A DNA stretch of 64,000 nucleotides from Octopus vulgaris (taxonomy: Eukaryota). The notes below the pieces were generated by a model. The model searched no databases. It saw only the letters and a program-made list of their open reading frames with translations, and was not told where the DNA came from. Numbering within the stretch: the first letter of the stretch is position 1; each line of letters starts with the position of its first letter. Position numbers and translations under genes: made by a program. The stretch is from contig OX597823.1 of the NCBI GenBank assembly GCA_951406725.2, positions 97,030,001 to 97,094,000 on the forward strand. The letters run 5' to 3'. Below are positions 63,645 to 64,000 of the stretch, piece by piece.

Positions 63645-63923
63645 AAGATGAGGATAACATTAACTCAGAACCTGTTGTATTTAGTAACGTTATCGAACCA
63701 GGTCCAAGTGGAATCAATCAGAATGCTGCTACTTCTTACCCTGATATGGGTTTAAGTGCAAATGGGCCCTCCCCCAACCAGCAACCAGACAGGTTGCAGA
63801 AACCTCCATCAGGTTCAATGGCCCCACCGACTACTCCACAAGACAGTATCTATGGCAACAATGCTGTTTCCACTGCGGGTGGATCGTTGATGTATACCCC
63901 ATGGAAACCACCAGAAAATCCAG
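63645..63923 (+). CDS. VTA1: VTA1 exon 6, Pro/Ser-rich linker (EDEDNINSEP...PWKPPENP)
   Basis: ttttcag| acceptor and cag|gtaaga donor; phase 1 to 1 continues the frame of exon 5; low-complexity linker expected between the MIT and VSL domains. Confidence 0.85.
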
Positions 63924-64000
63924 GTAAGAATTTTTACAGGGAGGCACAGCTGTGTGATTAAGAAGTTTGTTTTGCAGCCATGTGGCCTTGGGTTCAGTCT

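Overview
AT-rich, microsatellite- and transposon-dense animal genomic DNA. It is most likely an octopus (coleoid cephalopod), inferred from the tRNA-derived SINE families and the RTE LINE with (GAT)n tails. The window holds coding exons 1-6 of a VTA1 (ESCRT/VPS4 cofactor) gene on the + strand (28159-63923; the C-terminal exons lie beyond the window). Two phase-compatible - strand exons (15103-15193, 317-462) belong to an unidentified, probably membrane-protein, gene pointing away from VTA1. The rest is largely TE debris: Gypsy LTR, R4/Dong, RTE, CR1, Penelope-like, hAT, Tc1/mariner, piggyBac MITEs, Helitrons and SINEs. The most striking unannotated signal is about 15 type-I hammerhead-ribozyme motifs, five with an intact catalytic core and the rest decayed. 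Most have a short palindromic stem III; several sit in fold-back (inverted-repeat) elements, and most lie in or next to (TA)n/(CA)n microsatellites. Some are in the sense direction of introns of both genes. All calls were made by eye; no database search or folding program was run.
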